A stretch of DNA of 62,881 nt, the filler included. It is 8 parts of 8 records of this genome, joined end to end, with 100 filler letters (N's around TTAATTAATTAA, not from the genome) between each part and the next. Parts side by side here need not be neighbours in the genome. Positions count along the whole stretch, not along the records: positions 5,793 to 19,376 come from DRR723986_14519; 7 more parts are not named here. One strand, 5' to 3'. The notes below the pieces were generated by a model, which was given only the letters and a program-made list of their open reading frames with translations, did not search any database and had not been told where the DNA came from. Of this stretch, positions 9,809 through 19,476 are shown piece by piece. Both the position numbers and the translations under genes were made by a program. Within the stretch, counting starts at the first letter, position 1; the number at the start of each line of letters is the position of its first letter.

Positions 9809-10818
9809 TACGACAGATCAAACATTTGCACTCGATGGTTCAAGCTGTCGAGGACGAATAGGCGTTGTTTGGAGTCGATCTCAAGGGCCCAGGGGCTGTC
9901 AAACTGTCCGTCTTCGTGGCCGGGACCACCCCACAACTGGAGCGAGTTGCCGAGCCGATCAAAGCGTTGTACGCGGTGATTGCCGTACTCTGAAATCAGA
10001 ATGCTGCCGTCTTGGTCAAAAACGATACCGTAGGGATACTTGATTTGCCCTTGTCGCGCTCCGACTTCGCCCCACATCGCAACCAGCTTTGGCTCGGGAT
10101 GCACGCTGATGTCAAAGACTTGTAAGCGATGGTTGCAGGCGTCGGCAACCCACAGGAGCCCTTCGTCGTCAAACATCAAACTCTGCGGCCGAGAGAACTG
10201 CAGAGCTTCGGACCCTTGGCTGCCGAACGTTCTGATGTATCTTCCGTCGGAACCGAATTCTTGAATGTGGTCGATCTGGCCATATTGCCCAACGAAGAAA
10301 TGCCCGTCGGGTGATTCGGCCACGTCGGTAACGAAGTGAAACTCGCCCGGTGCGTCACCGTGGGTCCCGCCGATGGTTCTTTCTTCGTCGAGCGTCCCAT
10401 CTGGGGAGTAGAACAGTACCCGGAAGTAGTGCGTGTCGGCGACCATCAGGCTACCGTCGCTTGAGAAGGCGAGTCCGGTGGGTTTACCCTGTTTGATCAG
10501 CGGTGTTCTCCAGCCTCTCAAATATTCACCGGCGGCATCGAAGATCTGTATTCGGCCAGTCATGTCGACGAGATACAGCTCATCATTCGGACTCACCGTG
10601 ATCGCACGTGGTTTCATCAAGCGGCCGTCGCCCAGCCCCTTTCGTCCCCAAATGGCCGAAGGCTGGGAACTATCGGCAGTGGAACCAATGCAACCAGAGG
10701 AGGTGGAAAGGAGGGACAGCGCAGCCACTTTGCCAATGCCTCCACCGACAAAACGCCGCCTGGAAAGGCGTGCTTGCGAGGGAATATTGCTTGGCCTTGG
10801 AAGCGGTTCTTGTAACAT
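9808..10818 (-). CDS. NHL-repeat beta-propeller protein with Tat-like signal
   Basis: SRRRFV twin-arginine motif; repeated G.F..P.GI.....G..YV.D..NHRVQ.F units. Confidence 0.88.
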   Translation of the reverse strand: MLQEPLPRPSNIPSQARLSRRRFVGGGIGKVAALSLLSTSSGCIGSTADSSQPSAIWGRKGLGDGRLMKPRAITVSPNDELYLVDMTGRIQIFDAAGEYLRGWRTPLIKQGKPTGLAFSSDGSLMVADTHYFRVLFYSPDGTLDEERTIGGTHGDAPGEFHFVTDVAESPDGHFFVGQYGQIDHIQEFGSDGRYIRTFGSQGSEALQFSRPQSLMFDDEGLLWVADACNHRLQVFDISVHPEPKLVAMWGEVGARQGQIKYPYGIVFDQDGSILISEYGNHRVQRFDRLGNSLQLWGGPGHEDGQFDSPWALEIDSKQRLFVLDSLNHRVQMFDLS

Positions 10819-11179
10819 CGGTCCAGCTCGGTTCCAATATGGGATTCGTTAGCTGACTATTCTAACGTAAACCGCGGCCTGTTGGCGGCAGTGTGCGATG
10901 TCAAAGATCGGGACATGTCAAAGTTTCGATTCACCACCAGGGTAGTAGTTGACGCCACAAGTTGCGCCGGCTTACGGCAAAGCGCCGACGGAACCGACAC
11001 TCATCCATTTCACAATCAGACACTTGACGTGCCCAGACGGCCAAGCACGTAGCGTTTCACTTCTTCACTTGCGGTCCACGGCACATCCGATGCTGAGGTT
11101 CCATTTCCGGAGAAGTGTCTTGCCGATCATGCCGTTTGGATACCTCTGACAACCTTTTCGCGACACGGGTAAACCGTCG

Positions 11180-12325
11180 ATGGCTAGTACTCTCTCTTGG
11201 AATCGCGACGACAACAAACGAGACACTGTACATCTGATCGTACAGGCACTGGTCGAAGGTAAAGTTGTGGCGATGCCAACAGCCACCAGCTACGTCGTCG
11301 CTGCAAGTGCGTTGCACGGCGAGGCAGGGCGTCGGGTTTGTGATATCGCCAGCGCCGGTCCAGCGCCTGCGCAGTTCGTTCCTCGATCGCCCAGCGAGTG
11401 CTTGGACTTTTGCCCCGAGATGTCGGTTGTCGCTCGAAGGTTAATGGCGCGTGGGTTTCCAGGCCCGATCGTGGTGACGGTCAAGAACTCGAGCCCCGTC
11501 GGAGTCGATCGTCAGTTGCCCGAAGAGATTTACAGTCGAGCCATTGGTGACGATGCAGCGGTGTCGTTTCGCATGCCCTCCCACGAGGTGTTCTCGCAAG
11601 TAATGCAACTCATGCGTGGACCGGCAATCGTAGCGGAACTGTACGACGAATCTGGCAAAGGCCATTTTTCAGGTCAGGGAATTGGAAAACTTGATACGGT
11701 CGATGTGGTCGTCGACGACGGTGTCGGACACTTCTCCGAACTTGCGACCATGATCGAAGTTGATGCAAATCAGTGTTTGGTCCAACGCGACGGCTGTGTC
11801 ACTCGTGATAAGCTTGGGCAGTTGAGTCAGTTTGCAATCCTGTTCGTCTGCACAGGAAATACCTGCCGCAGCCCAATGGCTGAAGTCATGATGAGAAACT
11901 TGCTGGCCAAGCGATTTGGTGACGCTCCTCCCGGGGCAATCAATGGTTACCATGTCGCATCGTGCGGACTGAGCGCTTTTCCAGGTGGGAATGCTTCAGC
12001 GGAAGCAAAGAGTGTCATGTCTGAACGCGGACTCAATTTGAAATCTCATCAAAGTCAAGCGGCCACGGAGCACAGTCTGCGAAGAGCTGACTTGATTTTG
12101 ACGATGACCAACGGGCACCGAAGTGCGATAGTGGAACAGCTTCCCGAGCTGGCTCCAAAGGTTCATTTGGTCAGTGGTAGCCACGAAGATGTCAGTGATC
12201 CATTCGGCGGAAGCAAAGCGGTTTATCAACAGTGCGCTGATCAAATTGCAGGCTTTCTGGATGGGTGGGTAGAACGAATAGAGCCTGAATGGTTGCCGAC
12301 CTGGAGTTTTACCCCAAAAAAGTAG
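11180..12325 (+). CDS. TsaC/Sua5/YrdC-like domain fused to a low-molecular-weight phosphatase (YwlE-like)
   Basis: N-terminal GKVVAMPT..SY, FPGPIVV, VSFRMPSH; C-terminal LFVCTGNTCRSPMAE P-loop and DPFGG general-acid loop. Confidence 0.88.
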   Translation: MASTLSWNRDDNKRDTVHLIVQALVEGKVVAMPTATSYVVAASALHGEAGRRVCDIASAGPAPAQFVPRSPSECLDFCPEMSVVARRLMARGFPGPIVVTVKNSSPVGVDRQLPEEIYSRAIGDDAAVSFRMPSHEVFSQVMQLMRGPAIVAELYDESGKGHFSGQGIGKLDTVDVVVDDGVGHFSELATMIEVDANQCLVQRDGCVTRDKLGQLSQFAILFVCTGNTCRSPMAEVMMRNLLAKRFGDAPPGAINGYHVASCGLSAFPGGNASAEAKSVMSERGLNLKSHQSQAATEHSLRRADLILTMTNGHRSAIVEQLPELAPKVHLVSGSHEDVSDPFGGSKAVYQQCADQIAGFLDGWVERIEPEWLPTWSFTPKK

Positions 12326-12352
12326 CGCCGCAGCGCTCTGTTCTATCCCTAC

Positions 12353-13261
12353 CTAACGACTTGTTGCTGTGTTGGCGTCGAGCCAAACGCCAAACTCGGC
12401 GTGAGACAAGAAGCCTAGTTTCTCATAGACCTTCAGCGCTGGTACATTCCGCTGATCAACGGCAGCGGCCACTCCGGTGCACCGCAATTCTCTCGCCCGC
12501 TGAATGGCCAGCTCGACGAGATTCTTGCCTAAGCCACGCAAACGCGCTTCGCGGCGGACGCCCATGTAGGTCAGTTCGAGTAACTTGTGCGCCTCGTGGT
12601 GACTCAATAGAACGCAGCCGACCAGTTTCCCAGCAATTTCCAAGAGATACCAGTGAGGCATCTCGCGAAGTACTTTGCCGTCCAAGAACCCGTCAAGAGT
12701 TTCCGCATTAGTTCTCAGACCATTGAGTTCGGGACAGTCTAGGGTACCTTCAAACGTTTCGGCAATCCGCTCAGCGACAAAACGCTTGCTGAATTCGTGG
12801 GCGGGACGCCATCTGACGGGAGCTTCTTCGGTGGCATTTGCTTCAGTTAGTTCTTTATCGTCTGTGGTGGAGCGATAGATATGAAAGACGTCTGCTAGCT
12901 TCTTGAATTGTGGCTGCAGTACCGGAGCAACGCTAGCCTCGATATCCTTGGGAACAACGGCCTGCACTTGACTTGTGTCGATCTCGCGCGCTTTGCGCAT
13001 CAGCTCTTCGAATGGCTGGACACATTCAGCCGCTCCGATGGTTGTGCGAATTCCACCGAGCGTTAGAACGCCGCCGGGCAGAGAATAGAAGTACGCACCG
13101 AAAGCGAGGCCAGAGTCAGATTGCCAAGCCGCGTGAATTGCAGGCCCGTGCGTCATGCGTTGTTTCAGCTCGTGAACTCGTGCGGTCTGCTCTTCGGGCA
13201 TGCCTGCATAGATCCACTTCGCAAGCTCAACGATGCCAACTTCAGCCACGCTAAGGTTCAT
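12353..13261 (-). CDS. GNAT family acetyltransferase (planctomycete type)
   Basis: LTYMGV...RLRGLGK and AVDQRNVPALKVYEKLGF motifs. Confidence 0.85.
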   Translation of the reverse strand: MNLSVAEVGIVELAKWIYAGMPEEQTARVHELKQRMTHGPAIHAAWQSDSGLAFGAYFYSLPGGVLTLGGIRTTIGAAECVQPFEELMRKAREIDTSQVQAVVPKDIEASVAPVLQPQFKKLADVFHIYRSTTDDKELTEANATEEAPVRWRPAHEFSKRFVAERIAETFEGTLDCPELNGLRTNAETLDGFLDGKVLREMPHWYLLEIAGKLVGCVLLSHHEAHKLLELTYMGVRREARLRGLGKNLVELAIQRARELRCTGVAAAVDQRNVPALKVYEKLGFLSHAEFGVWLDANTATSR

Positions 13262-13661
13262 ATGCTACGTTCCACGATTTCACGAAACCAGCCATTTTGC
13301 AGCCAAAGTGGCAAACTTGCGGCCACTTGAACCCAATGCCTGTGCAATAAGAATGTAATGAAGTCTCTTTGTTTGTTGCACCGAACGACAACTGCGCAAA
13401 CGCGTTACAATTAGTGAGCTGAAGGTCTGCTGGCACAATTGGTTGGGGTGACGCAGCATCGCGATAAAGATCGTCTCAAAGCGCAATTCACCTCGACCTA
13501 GCTCAGTAACTTGGCAATATTAGATCCGGCAAAGATGGAATTCACGATACAACGTTTTGCGACGCGGCGCTCAACTGTTCTACTGCACTCCACAATTTTG
13601 GAACTAAGCCCTGTCGATGAAACTCTGAGTGGTATCAGCCGAGACACAATGGAATCGATGT

Positions 13662-14912
13662 ATGCAAGCTAGAAATATCACGCAACCCAGCATTTGGGCG
13701 GTTATTGCAATCGCGATCGTCTCTTTGACGGCAAATCACGCCAGGGCACAATCGTACCTGGATCGACTGGAACAACTCGTCAAGCAACTTGAGCAAGATA
13801 CGAAGCCTGCGTCAAGCGAAGAGTTGCCTGCACCCTCCGGCACCGCCTCACCGACACCCCTTGTACCCACGCCGATGCCAGCAAACGGTCGGCCGAACCC
13901 ACCTCGGTCCGCCTCGAGTGCGCAAGCGGACTCTGATCAGGGCGGGATATACATCGGTCTTGAAGCTGAGGGGTATTTAGATGGGCGGCAAGGAGTAAAG
14001 GTGACTTCGGTTGCCCGTAACTCGCCAGCGTGGAAAGGTGATTTGAGAGTTGGCGACGAAATCGTGGCCCTGGACGGAACCCCAATTCAGAATCTCGACG
14101 ATTTAGGAGCGAAGCTTTCGCAGAAACGAGCCAATGAAGTCTGCAATTTCATGGTAACGCGAAACGGTCGCTCAGCGGAGCGAAGTGTGGTGGTCATGGA
14201 CGCGGCTCTCGCTGGGCAGATCATGTCTCGCAAACCGCTCCGCGAGTCGGGGCCTGCATGGTTGGGCGTTGAGGCGAATGACTTGAGTCGGTTCTTCCGC
14301 ACGCAGTTTGGTCTGAAGATATTCGCCGGAGCAGCCGTGACGGCGGTCACCAGCAACTCGCCCGCCAAGGCTGCTGGAATGCGGCCAGGCGACTGTATTG
14401 TTGAATTCCAGACGACGCCTATCCAATCAGCCGAAGATCTCAAGCGGGCGTTAAATAAGAGCCAGCCTGGAGACACGGTTGAACTGACAGTGTATCGAGG
14501 TGTTATTCGAAAAAGCGTTCGGTTGACACTCGAGCTTGATCCGACGGCCCGTGACGAAGTGCTCCCAGCAGTCGCCGCGCCGCGAGTAGCACAGCCGAAC
14601 TCAGCACAACCGACCGTAGCACCGGCACTGCCAACGGTTGCTGGCCCGCAACAAAACCAAACCGAGCCACCCAAACGCGGCGCAGCGGCGTTGCTAGACA
14701 GCCTAGTACCTGAACTGCTGGGACCACAGCGTTCCGGCCCAAGTACTGCCGCTCCTGATGCCAACGCCAGTTCCGACAAAGAGCGGATCCGCCAACTGGA
14801 AGCAGAAGTCAAGCAACTGAAAAGTGAACTTTCCGATGCAACAAAACAACTGAATGACACCAAGAACCAGCTTAGAAGTATTCTTCAAAGCCTGCAGCAA
14901 AAGCTGCCTTAG
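13662..14912 (+). CDS. Secreted protein with two PDZ domains and a C-terminal coiled coil
   Basis: Signal peptide; YIGL...SPAWKGDLRVGDEI and WLGV...SPAKAAGMRPGDCI; heptad-pattern C-terminus. Confidence 0.8.
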   Translation: MQARNITQPSIWAVIAIAIVSLTANHARAQSYLDRLEQLVKQLEQDTKPASSEELPAPSGTASPTPLVPTPMPANGRPNPPRSASSAQADSDQGGIYIGLEAEGYLDGRQGVKVTSVARNSPAWKGDLRVGDEIVALDGTPIQNLDDLGAKLSQKRANEVCNFMVTRNGRSAERSVVVMDAALAGQIMSRKPLRESGPAWLGVEANDLSRFFRTQFGLKIFAGAAVTAVTSNSPAKAAGMRPGDCIVEFQTTPIQSAEDLKRALNKSQPGDTVELTVYRGVIRKSVRLTLELDPTARDEVLPAVAAPRVAQPNSAQPTVAPALPTVAGPQQNQTEPPKRGAAALLDSLVPELLGPQRSGPSTAAPDANASSDKERIRQLEAEVKQLKSELSDATKQLNDTKNQLRSILQSLQQKLP

Positions 14913-14973
14913 AGCTTCAGTGCGAACGGGATCAACGATCAACGCAAAACAGACGATTCAGAATACGATTAAC

Positions 14974-16197
14974 GTGCCATTCCAAGCCCGACAACTTTTC
15001 AAGAGCGCTGCGTTTGCTGTCTGCATTGCGTTCGCCTCTGCTGGCATGCAATGCAGCCAAGCTCAGGAATCTGGATACCTTGGAATCGTCACCAATCCGA
15101 CACTAGCGCAAGAAACGGAGCTCTCGCCTGAACAGCTCGCGCAGTACCTATCCTCAAGATTTGAAGCGTTGCTGCGTCCCGAGTTCCGGACGCGACAAGC
15201 CGCGCGTGCTGCACTGCTTCGACATCCCAACGAGACTCTGCAGCTACTGAGCACCGTTGATCTCACCGCAGGAACGAGAAAACTGCTTGCGGCTGTTGAA
15301 CTGACAACCGAGCTGGCGGCCCACCAGCAGCAAAGCATCAGTAGCAAAGCGCAGAAGTTACTTGCTGAGTTTGCACAATTGCCCACCTACGCAGGTAAGC
15401 GAGCGAGAGCTGTCCTCAGTTCTATTTCCAATCTCGCTGAGTACAAGGCGAAGCAAAGTGTTGTTTTGCATGGCGGCATTGTCGACAACAGAGCCAACTT
15501 GGTCCGTACCGGGGGTGCGTTTTCGGCGACTGGCGAAATACGGTTGAAGCTCGATGAGAATTTTGACCAAGCGGGAGAGCCGATCGCCTGGATCCCAAGT
15601 CTGAAATCGACCGTCACAGTGGTGCTGGAAGACATCCGAGTCGAAGCGCCGCTAGCGAATAGTCTTGCAGCTCTAAAGAAGGTCAGAACGGTTATTTTTT
15701 GGCGTGTCAGTATCGGGCCAGATGAACTCAACTTCCTTCGAGAGCTTCCCAGGTTGACCGATGTGCAATTAAACTATGTTGATATAGGCGATGAAAGCCT
15801 GGACTTACTCGCAACTCTGCCTGTAAGCAAACGGCTGCGTCTGTATGGCACCAAGATCTCTGCCGAAGGTGCTGCAGAGCTTGCAAAACGACTCGATAAC
15901 GTTGAGATCTACCACGGTGCTGGCGGGTTTCTTGGCGTAGCCACCTCGCAGACCGACACACTCGTATCCGAAGTGATTGTTGATTCTGGTGCTGCCAAGG
16001 CGGGCATCCAGATCGGTGACCGACTCACGGCGATCAACAACGTGAAAATCGAGAATTTCCCTGACCTACGTCGCGAACTTGGTAAGCACGGAATTGGTGA
16101 AGAAATCACCGTTGTTCTGCGGCGGCCGGTCATTGATGGTGAGAGTAAGGAGATGACCTTCAAGGTGGTGCTTGGGGAACAAATTCCGGAAGAGTAG
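14974..16197 (+). CDS. Secreted leucine-rich-repeat plus PDZ domain protein
   Basis: Signal-like N-terminus from GTG 14974; LRR-like LxLxxTxI units; C-terminal GFLGV...SGAAKAGIQIGDRL. Confidence 0.7.
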   Translation: MPFQARQLFKSAAFAVCIAFASAGMQCSQAQESGYLGIVTNPTLAQETELSPEQLAQYLSSRFEALLRPEFRTRQAARAALLRHPNETLQLLSTVDLTAGTRKLLAAVELTTELAAHQQQSISSKAQKLLAEFAQLPTYAGKRARAVLSSISNLAEYKAKQSVVLHGGIVDNRANLVRTGGAFSATGEIRLKLDENFDQAGEPIAWIPSLKSTVTVVLEDIRVEAPLANSLAALKKVRTVIFWRVSIGPDELNFLRELPRLTDVQLNYVDIGDESLDLLATLPVSKRLRLYGTKISAEGAAELAKRLDNVEIYHGAGGFLGVATSQTDTLVSEVIVDSGAAKAGIQIGDRLTAINNVKIENFPDLRRELGKHGIGEEITVVLRRPVIDGESKEMTFKVVLGEQIPEE

Positions 16198-16304
16198 ACT
16201 TGGGCCTAGCGTGCCTTTGCCGAACACAGACAATGTTAGGATCTTCATCCAGCAGCGTCCGTTCGCTGCTGCTCACAGCGTCTCTTCCATCACGAACCAC
16301 TTGC

Positions 16305-17393
16305 ATGAAATCGCAGGCCGCCACAGATATCGACGCGTCCAGATTCAGGTCGGACCTGGCGGCTTGGTATCGCGATAATGCGCGCGATTTGCCCTGGCGT
16401 GAAACTCACGATCCGTACCGTATTTGGGTTAGTGAGATTATGCTCCAGCAGACGCAGGTGCATACGGTTCTTGGCTATTACGATCGCTTTTTGAAGCGGT
16501 TTCCGACGGTTGGTGAACTGGCATCTGCCGACGAATCAGATGTGCTCCAGCAGTGGTCCGGTCTGGGCTATTATCGCCGCGCGAGGCAAATGCACCTTGC
16601 TGCACAGAAAATTGCGGATCGATTCGACGGAGTTTTCCCTGATCAGTTCGACCAGATCCTGTCATTGCCGGGAATTGGTAGGTACACGGCCGGGGCAATT
16701 GCCAGTTTTGCTTACGACCAAGCGCAGCCAATCGTCGAAGCGAATACTTCACGACTGCACGCCAGGCTTCTTGCCGTTGAGAAACCGTTGGTCGACAAAG
16801 ACTCGCAACGGAAACAATGGGAACTGGCTGAGCACTTACTGCCAGAGGATTCGGGCACGCGAGAATTGAACCAGGCCCTAATGGAGCTGGGCAGCCTGGT
16901 TTGCAAACCTGAGAAACCGCAGTGCATGCTTTGCCCCGTGAGTGAACACTGTCATTCTTTCAAACTCGGAAAGCAAGACCGCATACCGGTCATCAAGCCA
17001 AAGGAAAAGCCAACGCCTCTGGTGCACGGGTTAGTCGTGCTTCGCAAAGGGAATCAAGTGCTATTGCGACAGGCTGAACCCGGCCAGTGGTGGGAAGGGC
17101 TATGGGAGTTCCCTCGCTTGGACTTGACTGCCACCATCAAACCGTCGAAGAATCCGCCGTCCAGCGATGCAATCTCTGATGCTCTTGTCTCGGAGTACGC
17201 CATTGACGCGGAGACGATTGAATTCCATTCCGCTTTCACGCACGCGGTTACTCGCTATCGCATTCGCGCACATTGTTATACGGCGACTCCGGGACGCGGC
17301 TGGCGAGCTAAGAAACCACTAGCCTGGTATGCGGTCGACGAGCTTCCGGCATTGTCAGCTCCCGCAAAGAAACTATGGAAGAGCGTCAGTTGA
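16305..17393 (+). CDS. mutY: A/G-specific adenine glycosylase
   Basis: RDLPWR, WVSEIMLQQTQV, GLGYYRRAR, LPGIGRYTAGAI, Cx6Cx2Cx5C FeS motif, GLWEFP. Confidence 0.96.
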   Translation: MKSQAATDIDASRFRSDLAAWYRDNARDLPWRETHDPYRIWVSEIMLQQTQVHTVLGYYDRFLKRFPTVGELASADESDVLQQWSGLGYYRRARQMHLAAQKIADRFDGVFPDQFDQILSLPGIGRYTAGAIASFAYDQAQPIVEANTSRLHARLLAVEKPLVDKDSQRKQWELAEHLLPEDSGTRELNQALMELGSLVCKPEKPQCMLCPVSEHCHSFKLGKQDRIPVIKPKEKPTPLVHGLVVLRKGNQVLLRQAEPGQWWEGLWEFPRLDLTATIKPSKNPPSSDAISDALVSEYAIDAETIEFHSAFTHAVTRYRIRAHCYTATPGRGWRAKKPLAWYAVDELPALSAPAKKLWKSVS

Positions 17394-17446
17394 TCGCTCT
17401 AGGCTTTCGCATCACTTCAACCATTCAGATCATTTAGTTGCATCCT

Positions 17447-19174
17447 ATGAACAACTTGGAAATTGCTCGCTTGTTTGAAGAGCTAGGTGAATTGCTCCAG
17501 TTACGCGGAGAGAACGCGTTTCGTACTCGCGCCTATCGCAATGGTGCGAAAGCGATCTCGGAGCTGAGTGAACCGGTCAGCAAGATGCTTGCCGATGGTG
17601 GCGACCTCACGCAATTCGACGGCATCGGATCCACGCTCGCGGAGAAGTGTCAAACCATCGTGGACACTGGCCGATTGCCTCAACTGGAGAAACTTCGCGA
17701 AGAGACCCCGCAGGTTCTGATTCAGATGACTCGCATCCCCGGCCTAGGTATCAAGAAAGCGATTGCTCTCCACAAAGAACTCGGGCTTGAGACACTGGAA
17801 GACCTCAAGGCTGCATGCGAAGCTGAGAAGGTGCGTGATCTCAAAGGATTTGCGGCGAAGACTGAGAAGCTGATTCTGGACGGACTCGAAATTGCCGCCG
17901 CAGCGTCCGAACGCCTTCCACTCGACAAAGCAGAGAAACTTGTCGAGCGTCTACGTCTGCAGTTTGACGCAATAGACTGCATCGACAAACTTGAGTTCGC
18001 GGGTAGCTTTCGCCGTGGAAAAGAGACCGTTGGTGATGTCGATATCCTGGTTGTGAGTTCTGAAGTCGACGCAGTCATGGATTGCTTGGAATCATTCCCG
18101 GGACGCGTGAGCACGATTATGCGTGGCGATACGAAGATGTCGATTCGTGTCGATGAGCAGTTTCAGGTCGATTTGCGCGTCGTCGCGGAGGAGAGCTTCG
18201 GCGCCGCCTTGCAGTACTTTACGGGATCGAAGGAACATAACGTTGCCGTACGAAGCCGCGCGCGAAAAATGGGACTCACCGTCAATGAGTACGGCGTTTC
18301 GAAGCTTGATGACCAACACAACTACATTGCCGGCGCCACCGAGGAAGAACTTTACCAGGCGCTCGACCTACAGTGGGTGCCGCCTGAACTGCGCGAAGGC
18401 CGCCGAGAGCTGGTCTGGGCAAGTGGTGATGAGTCAAAGCCTGAGCTGGTAGAACTCGAACAGATCGTGTGTGACCTTCACATGCACACTACCGCCACCG
18501 ATGGATCAGCAACCATCGAACAAATGCGTGATGCGGCCAGGCAAAGAGGGCTGACGCACATTGCGATTACCGATCACTCGCAGCGAGTGAGTATGGCGAT
18601 GGGGCTGAAAGCGGATCAACTGCTTGCACAGTGGGAGGAGATCGACAGGCTCAACGCCGATTGCGACGACGACTTTGTTCTTCTGAAGGGCATCGAATGC
18701 GACATCCTTGAGAATGGTGACATGGACCTCCCGGACGAAGTGCTCGCGCAGGGGGATTGGGTCATCGCCAGCGTTCACTACGGACAGAAGCAGCCGCGGC
18801 AACAGATTACCGATCGCATTGTTGGAGCGTTGGAGAATCCTCACATCGATATTGTGGCCCATCCAACTGGAAGACTGCTCGGAGCTCGACCACCGTATGA
18901 AGTGGATCTTGATGCAGTATTTGAGGCGGCGGCGGCGAACCAGAAAGCACTGGAGTTGAACGCCAGCCCACGGAGACTAGATCTTTCCGAAGAGAACCTG
19001 ATTCAAGCAGTCGCGCGCGGTATCCCGATTGCGATCAACACTGATGCTCATTCGCCCGACGGACTCAATGCCATGCGGTTCGGCATCACCCAAGCCCGCC
19101 GCGCTGGTATTCTAACCTCTCAAGTAATCAACACATGGCCGCTAGACGAACTTCGCAAGTGGCTTGAGCACTAG
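17447..19174 (+). CDS. polX: DNA polymerase X / PHP 3'-5' exonuclease
   Basis: AGSFRRGKETVGDVDIL and QVDLR catalytic triad, YFTGSKEHN, PHP motifs DLHMHT, TDHS, AHPTGR, NTDAH. Confidence 0.96.
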   Translation: MNNLEIARLFEELGELLQLRGENAFRTRAYRNGAKAISELSEPVSKMLADGGDLTQFDGIGSTLAEKCQTIVDTGRLPQLEKLREETPQVLIQMTRIPGLGIKKAIALHKELGLETLEDLKAACEAEKVRDLKGFAAKTEKLILDGLEIAAAASERLPLDKAEKLVERLRLQFDAIDCIDKLEFAGSFRRGKETVGDVDILVVSSEVDAVMDCLESFPGRVSTIMRGDTKMSIRVDEQFQVDLRVVAEESFGAALQYFTGSKEHNVAVRSRARKMGLTVNEYGVSKLDDQHNYIAGATEEELYQALDLQWVPPELREGRRELVWASGDESKPELVELEQIVCDLHMHTTATDGSATIEQMRDAARQRGLTHIAITDHSQRVSMAMGLKADQLLAQWEEIDRLNADCDDDFVLLKGIECDILENGDMDLPDEVLAQGDWVIASVHYGQKQPRQQITDRIVGALENPHIDIVAHPTGRLLGARPPYEVDLDAVFEAAAANQKALELNASPRRLDLSEENLIQAVARGIPIAINTDAHSPDGLNAMRFGITQARRAGILTSQVINTWPLDELRKWLEH

Positions 19175-19189
19175 TTTGACCGTTTCAGG

Positions 19190-19324
19190 CGCTTAGCCCT
19201 AGTTCTTCGACGAAGCTACACTGAAGCTGAGCGAACGGGCGTAGTTCCCGCGTTTTAGGGCTCAAAGACCGGCTTCAGTGTTGCTTCCATAGCTTGGACC
19301 TCAGCCTAACTAGAAACTCAAGCG
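19190..19324. ncRNA. Candidate rod-like structured RNA (6S-like shape, unverified)
   Basis: Nested inverted repeats: 19212-19229 with 19270-19287 (16 of 18 complementary) and 19190-19204 with 19308-19324, separated by an asymmetric bubble. Confidence 0.3.
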
Positions 19325-19376
19325 ATCTTACGGCGATTCGATAGGTCGCGATTCGGAAGGAACGCGATTCGGAAGG

Positions 19377-19476
19377 NNNNNNNNNNNNNNNNNNNNNNNN
19401 NNNNNNNNNNNNNNNNNNNNTTAATTAATTAANNNNNNNNNNNNNNNNNNNNNNNNNNNNNNNNNNNNNNNNNNNN
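19377..19476. other. Artificial contig linker
   Basis: N44-TTAATTAATTAA-N44. Confidence 0.99.

Noticed and set aside
19333..19376. CGCGATTCGGAAGG duplicated at the contig end
   Set aside because: Only two exact copies and one partial copy, right at an assembly break. It cannot be told apart from an artefact or simple repeat.
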